From an uncultured Solibacteraceae bacterium (GTDB taxonomy: Bacteria > Acidobacteriota > Terriglobia > Bryobacterales > Bryobacteraceae), in assembly GCA_964393235.1 (NCBI GenBank), contig CAYMTH010000001.1, positions 1-40,664 on the forward strand: 40,664 nt of DNA, in the 5' to 3' direction. Position numbers and translations under genes: made by a program. Positions 22,906 through 30,988 of the stretch are shown one piece after another. Position 1 is the stretch's first letter. Each line of letters starts with the position of its first letter. The notes under the pieces are model-generated. The model was not told the origin of the DNA. It saw nothing but the letters and a program-made list of their open reading frames with translations, and made no database searches.

Positions 22906-25220
22906 CAGCACAACAGTGGGCCGATCTCGGCTATACCGATCTCATTCCTGTGACCCCGCCCGGGGCGCAGCTCCGGCCCGGGAGTCGGCTGTCCCCGGCG
23001 GTGTGCGGCAAGGCACCCGGGCTCCGTCGCGCCGACGGTTGGACGGGCTGCCCCGATTGGGCGACCCGCGAGTTCCGGCCGGAGGTGATCGACAGCTACG
23101 GGGGGAACGTCGGTTTGCGGACCCGCCAGTATCCGGTCATCGACATCGACACCCGTGACCCGCGCATGGCCGAGGTCGTCGAGCAGGTGCTGCTGGAGGT
23201 CATCGGATCCCTGCCCCCGCGCCGGATCGGGGAGGAGCCGAAGCGGTCGTTCCTCTTCCGGCTGAAGGGTGAGCCGCTGTCGAAGATCCAGCTGCGTTTT
23301 GAGGTCGGCGAGCAGGCGCAGCTCGTCGAGCTCCTGGGCGACGGCCAGCAGATGGTTGTCGAGGGGATCCACCCCCGCACGGGGAATCCCTTCCGCTGGC
23401 CGTCGCCGCCCCCGCCGGCGGCTGATCTGCCGGAGCTGGACCTGGAGACGGCCCTGCGGTTTTTCGCGACGCTGGAGGAGCGCCTCGACTTCTTCGGGAT
23501 CTCCGTCTCCCGCGCCGGCGACGGCCGCCACGGTGACCGGCCGGTGCCGGATCAGACCAGCTTGAAGGGTGACCTGGAGCGGATCCGCGCGGTGATGGCG
23601 GCGCTGCCCAACACCCCTGAAACATTCCCCACCCGCGACTCCTACCTGCGCGTCGGATACGCCCTCAAAGCCGCCCTCGTCGACTACCCGGAGGAAGCGT
23701 ACCAGCTCTGGTGGACGTGGGCGAACATGTGGCCGTCGGCCGTGCCGGAGCACATCGAGGGGGACTGGGAGCGCATGCGTCCACCGTTCGCCCTCGGCGC
23801 ATCTTACCTGTACGAGCTCGGCCGGGAGCATGCCGGGATCCAGGATGCGCACCTGGAATTCGAGCCGATCCCCGACGACGTCGAGGTTCCGGAGGAGATC
23901 GCGGAAGCTCCTCGGTTCAGCGACATCTGGGCAGGGGCGCAGTTCGTCGCAGCACATGGGCAGGAGATTCGGTTCGATGCGGCGGCGGAGCGGTGGTACA
24001 GCTGGAACGGCAGCTTGTGGGTGCCGGGGCCGGGGCCCATCCGAGAGCGGGCGAAGCAGATGGCCGTGGACATCGCCATGTCCGCTCGGTGGAACCTCCC
24101 GGCGGCTCGGCGTCTGAAGCACACGTCGGCCGGCGCGGTGACGGGGATGATCTCGATGGCCCAGTCCGACCCGCGCATCTCGATCACCAGCGACCAGTGG
24201 GACGCCGACCCCAACCTGCTCAACACGCCCGCCGGCGTCGTCGACCTCCGCACGGGCGCGATATTGCCGGCCGAGGCGCACCGGCTGATGACCAGGATGA
24301 CTTCCGTCGCGCCGGTCTTCGAGCCCTGCCCTGTCTGGGCGAAGTTCGTCTCCGACTGCGCCGGCGGCGACGAGGAGTTGGTCGCCTACTACAAACGCTT
24401 CGCCGGCTACTGCCTCACCGGCCTCACCATTGAGCAGGTGTTCGGTTTCCTGTTCGGCCCCGGCGGCAACGGCAAGGGTACGTTCGCCAACACTCTTAAG
24501 AAGATCCTGGGGTCGTACGCGGAGGCTGCCTCGATGAACCTGTTCTTGGCGAAGGACCGGCAGGAGCACCCGACGTCGCTGGCCGCCCTCTGCGGGTCGC
24601 GGCTGGTGCTGGCGCAGGAGCTGCGGGCGGGGCAGGCGTGGGATGAGCAAATCTTGAAGAGCCTGACCGGCGGGGATTACGTCAAAGCTCGTTTCCTGTT
24701 CCAGGACGAGTTCACATATCTGCCGGGGTTTAAGGTGTTGTTCAGCGGCAACCACCTCCCCCGCATCGGCACCGTCGATCCGGCCATGCAAAGGCGCACC
24801 CAGATCTGGCCGTTCCACCACCGGCCGGCTGTCGTCGACCAGCACCTGGGCGAGAAGCTGGCCGAGGAGTACGGGGCCATCCTCGCGTGGATGATCGAGG
24901 GGGCCATCGAGTGGTACAGGGTTGGCCTCCAGCCACCGGCAGCGGTGCTGGCGGAGACGGAGCAGTACCTCGACGGTGAGGACGCCACGGCCGACTGGCT
25001 GGCGGAGCAGTGCGAGGACGGCGACTACCAGACGTCCGCGACCGACCTGTATAGCGGCTATCGAACGTGGTGCGAAAAGAAGAAACTCAATCCGCTGACC
25101 CAGGTGGCGTTCGGGAAGGTGCTGTCCGAGAAGGGCTACGGTGCGCGGCGGGGGGCCAACGGAGTGCGTTTCCGCACTGGCCTCCGGCTGCGGTCGGAAT
25201 TTACGGAGGTACAGGGATGA
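22902..25220 (+). CDS. Bifunctional primase-polymerase / D5-P4-type NTPase (replicative primase-helicase).
   Basis: N-terminal prim-pol-like domain (YPVIDIDTRD). D5_N-like NLLNTPAGVVDLRTG. Walker A GPGGNGKGTF. ATGA overlap with the polymerase stop. Confidence 0.85.
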   Translation: MTAQQWADLGYTDLIPVTPPGAQLRPGSRLSPAVCGKAPGLRRADGWTGCPDWATREFRPEVIDSYGGNVGLRTRQYPVIDIDTRDPRMAEVVEQVLLEVIGSLPPRRIGEEPKRSFLFRLKGEPLSKIQLRFEVGEQAQLVELLGDGQQMVVEGIHPRTGNPFRWPSPPPPAADLPELDLETALRFFATLEERLDFFGISVSRAGDGRHGDRPVPDQTSLKGDLERIRAVMAALPNTPETFPTRDSYLRVGYALKAALVDYPEEAYQLWWTWANMWPSAVPEHIEGDWERMRPPFALGASYLYELGREHAGIQDAHLEFEPIPDDVEVPEEIAEAPRFSDIWAGAQFVAAHGQEIRFDAAAERWYSWNGSLWVPGPGPIRERAKQMAVDIAMSARWNLPAARRLKHTSAGAVTGMISMAQSDPRISITSDQWDADPNLLNTPAGVVDLRTGAILPAEAHRLMTRMTSVAPVFEPCPVWAKFVSDCAGGDEELVAYYKRFAGYCLTGLTIEQVFGFLFGPGGNGKGTFANTLKKILGSYAEAASMNLFLAKDRQEHPTSLAALCGSRLVLAQELRAGQAWDEQILKSLTGGDYVKARFLFQDEFTYLPGFKVLFSGNHLPRIGTVDPAMQRRTQIWPFHHRPAVVDQHLGEKLAEEYGAILAWMIEGAIEWYRVGLQPPAAVLAETEQYLDGEDATADWLAEQCEDGDYQTSATDLYSGYRTWCEKKKLNPLTQVAFGKVLSEKGYGARRGANGVRFRTGLRLRSEFTEVQG

Positions 25221-25432
25221 TGCGGAAACCGAAAGTCACCTTGCGCGCCCGCCGCACAGCGAAGGGGAGGGTCACCGGGTGGACAGTGTGGGTGATGTAT
25301 CCAGAGTTCGACCGGATCATCTACCACACCTTCCCGACATGGCTGGAGGCGATGAACGAGGTCGACATCATCCACTGGCTGTACCAGCGTCGTCTGGCCC
25401 CGCTCTGGGCGATGAAGGTGATCTTCAGATGA
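25217..25432 (+). CDS. Hypothetical protein (71 aa).
   Basis: ATGA overlaps at both ends, with the primase upstream and the integrase downstream. Confidence 0.5.
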   Translation: MMRKPKVTLRARRTAKGRVTGWTVWVMYPEFDRIIYHTFPTWLEAMNEVDIIHWLYQRRLAPLWAMKVIFR

Positions 25433-26583
25433 GCCTCGCCCACGAGATCGCCCAGATGTTAGATGCTTGGGGGATGCGATTCCAAGACCCAACCCTCCAG
25501 AAAACCACCGGCCGGAACCCTCGCTGGTACATCCGGCCCGTCATCCCCCAGGTCACCCGCGACGGCCTCGTCCGGGTCCAGAAACGTATCGTCCTCGGTA
25601 CCTGCGCCGAGATGACGAAGAAAGACGCCCTCCGCGCGAAGCAGCGGGTGATGGCGGAGATCAACGGCGGCGCGGCCGTAATCCAGGGCCAGCTGCGGCT
25701 GGCCGATCTAGTCGCAGCCTACCGGGAGGGCCGGCTGCCTCTGCTGGCGGCGTCGACCCGCGCCAAGGTCGAAAGCCACTTGCGCCGGATCAAGCTGCTG
25801 GAGAACGAGACGCTGGCGGAGCTCACCCCTCCCCGCCTCCAGGCGTGGCTGCTGGCCCTCGACGTCGCGCCGGCGACCCGCGTCGACGTCCGCAACATCC
25901 TCTCCTCGATCTACGAGCAGGCGCGGCGCTGGCGGCTCTGGACCGAGCCCAACCCGCTGGCCGACGTTGAGCTCGGCCGCATCGTCCCGGCCCGGGAGAA
26001 GTCGATTCCGACCGAGGAGGAGCTGCGCCGGCTGCGGGCGGCGCTCGACTGCTGCCCCGCCGTCGTCGAGGGCGTCACCGGCCGCGACGTGCGGCTGATG
26101 GTCGACGTCGCCGTCGCCACCGGCTGGCGGATCTCTGAGATCCTGGCCCTCCGGCGCGACGCGATTGATGGCCCCTACCTCGTGATGCGCCGGCGCTGGC
26201 ATCGGGGCGATCTGGCCGAGGTCGCCAAGACGGCCGCCGGGATCCGCCGCAACTATGTGGGCGAGGAGCTGGCGGCCGAGCTGGCGGCCCGTCCCGGGGA
26301 GTTCGTGTTCGCCGGGGCCGCCGGGACGCCGCCCGACGACCGGAACCTCCAGCAGCACATCCTGCGCCCCTCCGCCAAACTGGCCGGCTGCTACCGGCAG
26401 GGCTTCGGCTTCCACTCCTTCCGCCGGCTCAATGTGTCGTGGCGGGCGGAGGCCGGGGCGCACCCATTCGAGATTGCGCGGGCCGCCGGCCACACCCGCG
26501 TCGACATGAGTCTGCACTACACCCTCACCGACGGCGGCCGGGAAGCGGCCGTGGTCGAGAAGATCAAGGAGCGAATTCAGTGA
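25429..26583 (+). CDS. int: Tyrosine integrase.
   Basis: 384 aa. Catalytic-type motifs ATGWRISEILALRR, HSFRR and AGHTRVDMSLHY. An attP-like site lies 440 bp downstream. Confidence 0.9.
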   Translation: MSLAHEIAQMLDAWGMRFQDPTLQKTTGRNPRWYIRPVIPQVTRDGLVRVQKRIVLGTCAEMTKKDALRAKQRVMAEINGGAAVIQGQLRLADLVAAYREGRLPLLAASTRAKVESHLRRIKLLENETLAELTPPRLQAWLLALDVAPATRVDVRNILSSIYEQARRWRLWTEPNPLADVELGRIVPAREKSIPTEEELRRLRAALDCCPAVVEGVTGRDVRLMVDVAVATGWRISEILALRRDAIDGPYLVMRRRWHRGDLAEVAKTAAGIRRNYVGEELAAELAARPGEFVFAGAAGTPPDDRNLQQHILRPSAKLAGCYRQGFGFHSFRRLNVSWRAEAGAHPFEIARAAGHTRVDMSLHYTLTDGGREAAVVEKIKERIQ

Positions 26584-26975
26584 GACAATCCAAACCCCGG
26601 CGGAACGATTCCCGCCCGATCATCGACATGGTCGTCGAGGATCTGCACCGACGCGCAGACGCCGGCGAGGTCAAGTACGAGACGCGGCTCCAGGCCTTCA
26701 ACGGCCGGGATCCCCTGGTCGACCTGTACGAGGAGCTCCAGGACGCCACCCTCTACGTCCGCCAGGAGATCGAGGAGCGGCGAGAGGCGGCCGTCCAGTC
26801 CGGGGCGCGATACCGGCCCAGCCAGATCCTCCGCTGCCCCCTGTGCCACGATCCTCGGCCGCCCGCGTACATCGGTCAGGATGTTCACGTCTGCGAGTGC
26901 TGCGGAGCCAAGTTCACCGTCGTCCCGTCCGACATCCGGGTCCGGTTTGCCCCGCAGGTTTTGTCCCCGAGGTAG
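26580..26975 (+). CDS. Hypothetical protein with a C-terminal zinc ribbon (131 aa from the GTG; alternative ATG at 26628).
   Basis: GTGA overlap with the integrase stop. Contains CPLC...CECC. Confidence 0.55.
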   Translation: MRQSKPRRNDSRPIIDMVVEDLHRRADAGEVKYETRLQAFNGRDPLVDLYEELQDATLYVRQEIEERREAAVQSGARYRPSQILRCPLCHDPRPPAYIGQDVHVCECCGAKFTVVPSDIRVRFAPQVLSPR

Positions 26976-26985
26976 TCCGATTTAG
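26973..26985 (+). promoter_or_regulatory. Candidate arm-type integrase-binding repeat (TAGTCCGATTTAG), left of the core.
   Basis: One of three direct copies of TAG(T/C)CCGAT(T/C)TAG flanking the tRNA-like core. Confidence 0.5.
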
Positions 26986-27025
26986 CCCACCTGTTTTTCC
27001 CGTTCCTCGTAAGTTGTTGATTTTA

Positions 27026-27075
27026 TGGTGGGCCTGACAGAACTCGAATCTGTGACCTCTACCGTGTCAAGGTAA
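27026..27075 (-). other. attP core: the 3' half of a tRNA-Val(GAC) gene, from the anticodon arm through CCA. It is not a complete tRNA.
   Basis: The minus strand reads TTACCTTGACACGGTAGAGGTCACAGATTCGAGTTCTGTCAGGCCCACCA. Anticodon stem UUACC/GGUAG with loop UUGACAC. Variable loop AGGUC. T arm ACAGA-UUCGAGU-UCUGU. Acceptor 3' strand CAGGCCC, discriminator A, then CCA. No D arm or 5' acceptor strand lies upstream. Confidence 0.75.
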
Positions 27076-27102
27076 CGAGGGGCCGCTTCCGGCAGGGGTC
27101 GG

Positions 27103-27142
27103 TGTTGAAAACAAAGGGCTATCCGGGTGTCGCCGGATAGCC
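27103..27142 (-). terminator. Intrinsic-terminator-like hairpin on the minus strand: GGCTATCCGG-CGACAC-CCGGATAGCC followed by CTTTGTTTTC.
   Basis: Perfect 10-bp stem at 27118-27127 / 27133-27142, with a T-rich tail at 27108-27117 (minus sense). Confidence 0.6.
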
Positions 27143-27169
27143 CGATTTAGCCAAACTAGTCCGATCTAG
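27138..27169 (+). promoter_or_regulatory. Two further arm-type repeat copies (TAGCCCGATTTAG at 27138-27150; TAGTCCGATCTAG at 27157-27169), right of the core.
   Basis: Same orientation as the copy at 26973-26985. Confidence 0.5.
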
Positions 27170-27221
27170 ACACGCAACCGAGGGGCGTCCGGGTGCGTCA
27201 AAATAAACTCAGGAGTGGAAC

Positions 27222-27713
27222 ATGGCAAACAAATTGCCGCCTGAGGTTCTGGATTTCTTTCGGGCGCATGGGGCCGCTGGTGGCAAGATCGGCGGCAGCC
27301 TAGGAGGGAAGACCTCGGCGGAACGGATGACGCCGGAGCAGCGACGCGAGCGGGCCAGGAAGGCGGGCCGTGCCGCTGCGGCTGCCAGGAAGGCCGCTCG
27401 GGAAGCGGCGGCCGCAAAAGAGGCGGAGGAGTGGAACATGAGCCATAAAGGATCGAAAAGCACGAAGCCGCACCCAGCCTCCGGCTATGATGAATGGGGC
27501 GAGCCGACCAAGGAGTTCATGCTCAATACTGTGGAGGGGTATGTTCCGGCGGAGTTTGAGACGGATCCGCTGCGGCAGAAGCTCCTAGCAGCCCGACGGT
27601 CGGCGCAGACCAATAGAGCCCCTCGCGCCAGTCGTAAGGCTTCCGCTTCCCCGTCCCGAAAAAGCCGGCAGAAGAGTGGACCTTCTTCGCCTGCGCCATG
27701 TCCTCAAGACTGA
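27222..27713 (+). CDS. Small basic protein with a GGK/ERMTPEQRRERARKA motif. Its 3' end overlaps the convergent late gene.
   Basis: An AGGAG RBS lies 8 nt upstream of the ATG. The N-terminal ~110 codons look coding. The last ~50 codons are R/S/P-rich and antisense to a frame with about 80% GC3, so the functional C-terminus is doubtful. Confidence 0.5.
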   Translation: MANKLPPEVLDFFRAHGAAGGKIGGSLGGKTSAERMTPEQRRERARKAGRAAAAARKAAREAAAAKEAEEWNMSHKGSKSTKPHPASGYDEWGEPTKEFMLNTVEGYVPAEFETDPLRQKLLAARRSAQTNRAPRASRKASASPSRKSRQKSGPSSPAPCPQD

Positions 27714-29256
27714 GAGCGGGCAGCTTGTGCAGCCCCGGGTACATGACCTCATGCGGCTCCAGGCTCGCGCGGATCCGATCCCACAGCCGCCACTGCTCAC
27801 CGAATAGGCTGAGGCCATGATCCTTCGCCCGCTCCGCGTTCGTGTCGAGCATCTTTTGGTAGATTGGCCCAACCGTCTGGAAAGTATCTCCTCCCCGATA
27901 GGGGAGGTCTTGCAGGTGTTCAGGTACGCGTGGGTTCAGTAGGCCTCCCTTCACTTCCCATTTCCCTCCGGCGGCGGGGGTATTGACTTGCGTCTCGATT
28001 TGCTCCAGCTTGAAATCCTCTGGCACGTCCTCAAACTTCTTGGCTTTCTTTTTGGGGCCGGTGCGGTTGTATGCGGCGACTGTGCCCTTGCGGAACCTCG
28101 GGCCGAGATCCGGGTCGTCGAGGAGATCCGGCAGGAACTTACGCGCCATGTGCCTGTCGATAGCGGAGATGTTCGCATCTGCGGGAGCCTGCCAGACAGA
28201 CGCGAAAGACCCGGTCTTGGCAGACAAGCCCCGGAGTTGGTTGCTCATCCGCTCGACAAACTGAAGCCACGTCTGGTTGGGCCTCTTGATGAAGGCTTCC
28301 GGGTTCTCTTGGACTTTGGCGGCGAGCTCGGAGACGTTGGTGTTGTCCACGGAACTCCGCACTCCCAGCCCGCCTTTACTGGCAGCGCCGATCTGATAGT
28401 CAGCGGACATCTGCTCTTCGGCCTGCCTGCGGCCTGCGCGGTCCAGCTTTTTACCTTTGGTGTAGCCCGCGAGCTTCTCAATGTCGTCTTCGGTACGGGC
28501 CCGCATCCTCGCAGTCAGGAACATGTTTTGGCCGAGGGGCGTGTTAGGGCTTTGCATCCCAAACATCGTGCGGTTCAGCACCTCAAACTTGTCCAGGTTT
28601 TTCGGCGTTGTCGCCTCCAGCATCCGTTTCTGGATTTGCGCCTGGAACTCGGCACTCATCATGTTCGGGTCGTACGCTTGGGCTTTCAGCTGGTGTAGGT
28701 CGGTATAAGAAAACGGCTGCTCTAGTCCACCCGGGATTAGGTACTCCCGGCCGGTGACGGGGTCTTTCACAGGCAGCATGGGGGAGGGTCGCAGGTTCAC
28801 CCCGACCCGTTCACCGAGCGCAGTTAACTCCGCATCGGACATCTGGGACGGGGGTTTAGTCAGCAGCGCCTTCCCCGCCGTCGCTTCCTTCGCGGCGGCC
28901 TTCCCGGCCTTCCGCAGCGCCCGGGAGCCCAACAGCAGCCCGCCGGCCGCCAGCCCGTACTCCGGCTTGGCCCCGACCGCTTCCGCGCCGCTCATGAGCA
29001 GCCCGACCGGGTCGACGCCGGCAGCGGCGGCCGCCTCACCGACGAGATACTGCGGGATCCCGCCGGCGATGTCGAGGCCGGTGGCGAGAGTGCCAAGCCC
29101 CATCGTGTCGAAGTTGCGCTCCCGGCGGGTGGCTTCCCGGTCCTCCAGGAACTGGCGGGTCTGCGCCGCCTGCGCCTGCTTCGGGTCCATCCGCATCCAC
29201 GGCTGCCCCGCCGAGAATGCACTCTTCTTCGGAAAACTGATCCGCTTATCGGCCAT
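27523..29256 (-). CDS. Large orphan protein (577 aa). It is the last gene of the late/lysis operon and lies next to attP.
   Basis: ATG at 29256 with a GGAGGTAGGTG RBS. It overlaps the holin stop by 11 nt. It has an N-terminal Gly/Ala-rich hydrophobic region, and no motif I can assign. Locally lower GC with many AAA/AAG codons. Confidence 0.7.
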   Translation of the reverse strand: MADKRISFPKKSAFSAGQPWMRMDPKQAQAAQTRQFLEDREATRRERNFDTMGLGTLATGLDIAGGIPQYLVGEAAAAAGVDPVGLLMSGAEAVGAKPEYGLAAGGLLLGSRALRKAGKAAAKEATAGKALLTKPPSQMSDAELTALGERVGVNLRPSPMLPVKDPVTGREYLIPGGLEQPFSYTDLHQLKAQAYDPNMMSAEFQAQIQKRMLEATTPKNLDKFEVLNRTMFGMQSPNTPLGQNMFLTARMRARTEDDIEKLAGYTKGKKLDRAGRRQAEEQMSADYQIGAASKGGLGVRSSVDNTNVSELAAKVQENPEAFIKRPNQTWLQFVERMSNQLRGLSAKTGSFASVWQAPADANISAIDRHMARKFLPDLLDDPDLGPRFRKGTVAAYNRTGPKKKAKKFEDVPEDFKLEQIETQVNTPAAGGKWEVKGGLLNPRVPEHLQDLPYRGGDTFQTVGPIYQKMLDTNAERAKDHGLSLFGEQWRLWDRIRASLEPHEVMYPGLHKLPALSLEDMAQAKKVHSSAGFFGTGKRKPYDWREGLYWSAPTVGLLGASAAADPSQTPPEHTPPQY

Positions 29257-29725
29257 CACCTACCTCCGCGTCATCGAAATCCGTCGGCCCCGCCGCCGGC
29301 CCCATCTTGTCCCGCAGCTGCCGCAGGCTGGTCACCAGAACTTTCGGTAACGGGATGCCCAACCGGTGCAGGTTCTCGCAGATTGACCACGCCTCGTTGA
29401 CCACCAGCCACGCCGCAAGCAGCCCGCTAAAACTAAGCTGCGCTGCGACCCAGGCGTACTGTTCCGGCACGGCTGCCGTGAGGTGTAAGGATCTCTCGAT
29501 CCACGCGAGCAGGAGGACGACCAGGATCTGGACGCCCTTCCGCATCGCTCCCCACCACCCCGTGTTCGAGTCGATCTCGCCCCGGTATCCGGCGGCGGCG
29601 AGCCCGGTCAGCCAGTCGACGCCGGCCATGACGAGCAAAACGATTTGAATCATCGGTAGCGCAAGCACCCAAGCCAAAGCAGTCGCCATGGCAGCTTTCA
29701 GTGTCGTGGTCGGCGGATGTGACAT
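29246..29725 (-). CDS. Holin (phage_holin_4_1 / phi LC3-like).
   Basis: 159 aa with several hydrophobic segments. VVNEAWSICENLHRLGIPLP matches the NExxSIxEN signature of that holin family. Confidence 0.7.
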   Translation of the reverse strand: MSHPPTTTLKAAMATALAWVLALPMIQIVLLVMAGVDWLTGLAAAGYRGEIDSNTGWWGAMRKGVQILVVLLLAWIERSLHLTAAVPEQYAWVAAQLSFSGLLAAWLVVNEAWSICENLHRLGIPLPKVLVTSLRQLRDKMGPAAGPTDFDDAEVGDGR

Positions 29726-29734
29726 CGTCTTCCC

Positions 29735-30088
29735 TCAGCTGTTCTTCGGCAGGATCCCGAAAGCGTTGAGGCACTTCACGACGCCTTCGTTGATCGACTC
29801 CAGGCCCTGCTGGAAGAGAGCCTCATCCATGAGCTCTTTCCCCGTCGCTTCTTCCACAGCCGCGATCACCGGACCCGCAGACACCGCAACCACTTCCGAC
29901 GCCCAGGCCGCCTTCGCGCCGCCCGATCCCGTCTTCGGGAACTTCGCCTCGGCCGCCAGGATGGCGGATAGCGAGGTGTGGACGAGAGGGGCGAAGGCGG
30001 GCGCGAAGCCCGCCACCGCACCCACCGCGATCTGTTGCACCAGGGGGTTTTTGAACACCTTCCCGACGAACTTGAAAGGGTTAGGCAT
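29735..30088 (-). CDS. Small membrane-associated protein, possibly an LL-H-type holin or lysis accessory protein (117 aa).
   Basis: N-terminal hydrophobic stretch LVQQIAVGAVAGFAPAFAPLV, and a C-terminal ...LESINEGVVKCLNAF tail that resembles the LL-H holin layout. Confidence 0.4.
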   Translation of the reverse strand: MPNPFKFVGKVFKNPLVQQIAVGAVAGFAPAFAPLVHTSLSAILAAEAKFPKTGSGGAKAAWASEVVAVSAGPVIAAVEEATGKELMDEALFQQGLESINEGVVKCLNAFGILPKNS

Positions 30089-30546
30089 TAAGCCTCCCGC
30101 TTCCAGTACCCGCCGAAAGGCGTGGGCTGATGCCAGACGTAGACATCGCCGGCCGGGGAGGTCCAGCGGTCGTTGATACGCGGGCTGGACGCCGCCGACG
30201 ACAGGTAGTACTGGTCAGCCGTGCCCGGGATCAGGCCGCCCACCGGCCCGCCGATAGCGCCGATGTCGGTGCCGAATTTCGCGAGAAACGCATCGGGCGC
30301 GACGGTCGACACCGGCTCCGACGTCGTCTCGAATTCGAGCGAGAACTTCGGCTCGAAGGCCACGACGGCCCGCACCTTCGGCGGGGCGACGGGGGCCTTA
30401 TCGCCCTTCTTCGCCTTGCCGCTGTTCTGGTTCTCGGCCCAATTCCGGCAGGCCTGGACGTAGTCCTCCTCGGCCCGCTTGTTCGCTTGGTCAGCCATCG
30501 CAGCGCCCTGCGCCGCGAACGACTGCCGGATCTGTTCATCAAACAT
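30088..30546 (-). CDS. Hypothetical protein (152 aa) in the lysis cassette.
   Basis: ATG at 30546 is preceded by GGAGGTAGCG. The track shows a longer ORF (30088..30939) in the same reading frame, whose upstream extension overlaps the endolysin gene. Confidence 0.55.
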   Translation of the reverse strand: MFDEQIRQSFAAQGAAMADQANKRAEEDYVQACRNWAENQNSGKAKKGDKAPVAPPKVRAVVAFEPKFSLEFETTSEPVSTVAPDAFLAKFGTDIGAIGGPVGGLIPGTADQYYLSSAASSPRINDRWTSPAGDVYVWHQPTPFGGYWKREA

Positions 30547-30988
30547 CGCTACCTCCAGTGATCTGATCCATCCGCCCGTCCCACGCCGTCGGTTTGCCGG
30601 CGGCGTCGTACGCCCACAGAGCGCGTCGAACACCGGCCGGGAGGGCGCGAGTGTCGACGTGGATGAAGTTGCCGTCGAGCGAAACCCCGACCCCGGTGAA
30701 CTCGGGGAAGTGCTGAAGGGCTCGCCAAATCTCAGGGAGGGGCGGGCCGGAAATATCCGCCGCGATCCCCTCGGTGTGACGGCCGGGGGCGGGCTTTGCC
30801 GCCTCGACCGGATGCTGCTTACAGCGGTAGCCGCTGTTGATTTTGATCGGCTGTCCCAGGTAGTCGCGCAGGCGCTGGAGCTGCTCGACGAACGACGTGC
30901 GGATCCCGGCGGTGCCGCAGTGCTTGCAGGTGAACTCATCCGCTGTGAAGTTTCTGGTGACCAATGTTTTACGCATAATACTCCGCAT
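30539..30988 (-). CDS. Endolysin, Peptidase_M15-type (zinc D-Ala-D-Ala / L-Ala-D-Glu peptidase fold).
   Basis: FTADEFTCKHCG, INSGYRCKQHP, GRHTEGIAADI, FIHVD. An alternative ATG at 30976 has a GGAG RBS. Confidence 0.8.
   Translation of the reverse strand: MRSIMRKTLVTRNFTADEFTCKHCGTAGIRTSFVEQLQRLRDYLGQPIKINSGYRCKQHPVEAAKPAPGRHTEGIAADISGPPLPEIWRALQHFPEFTGVGVSLDGNFIHVDTRALPAGVRRALWAYDAAGKPTAWDGRMDQITGGSDV

Noticed and set aside
27026-27110. A complete phage-encoded tRNA gene.
   Set aside because: Only the anticodon arm, variable loop, T arm and acceptor 3' strand are present. The upstream sequence (GCCGGAAGCGGCCCCTCG) gives no D arm, and there is no GGGCCTG 5' acceptor strand. I therefore call it an attP tRNA fragment.
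30088-30939. 283-aa minus-strand ORF overlapping the endolysin gene.
   Set aside because: Its N-terminal 130 aa are S/R/P/T-rich and are read from the alternative frame of the clearly recognisable M15 peptidase. Only the part from the RBS-preceded ATG at 30546 is kept.
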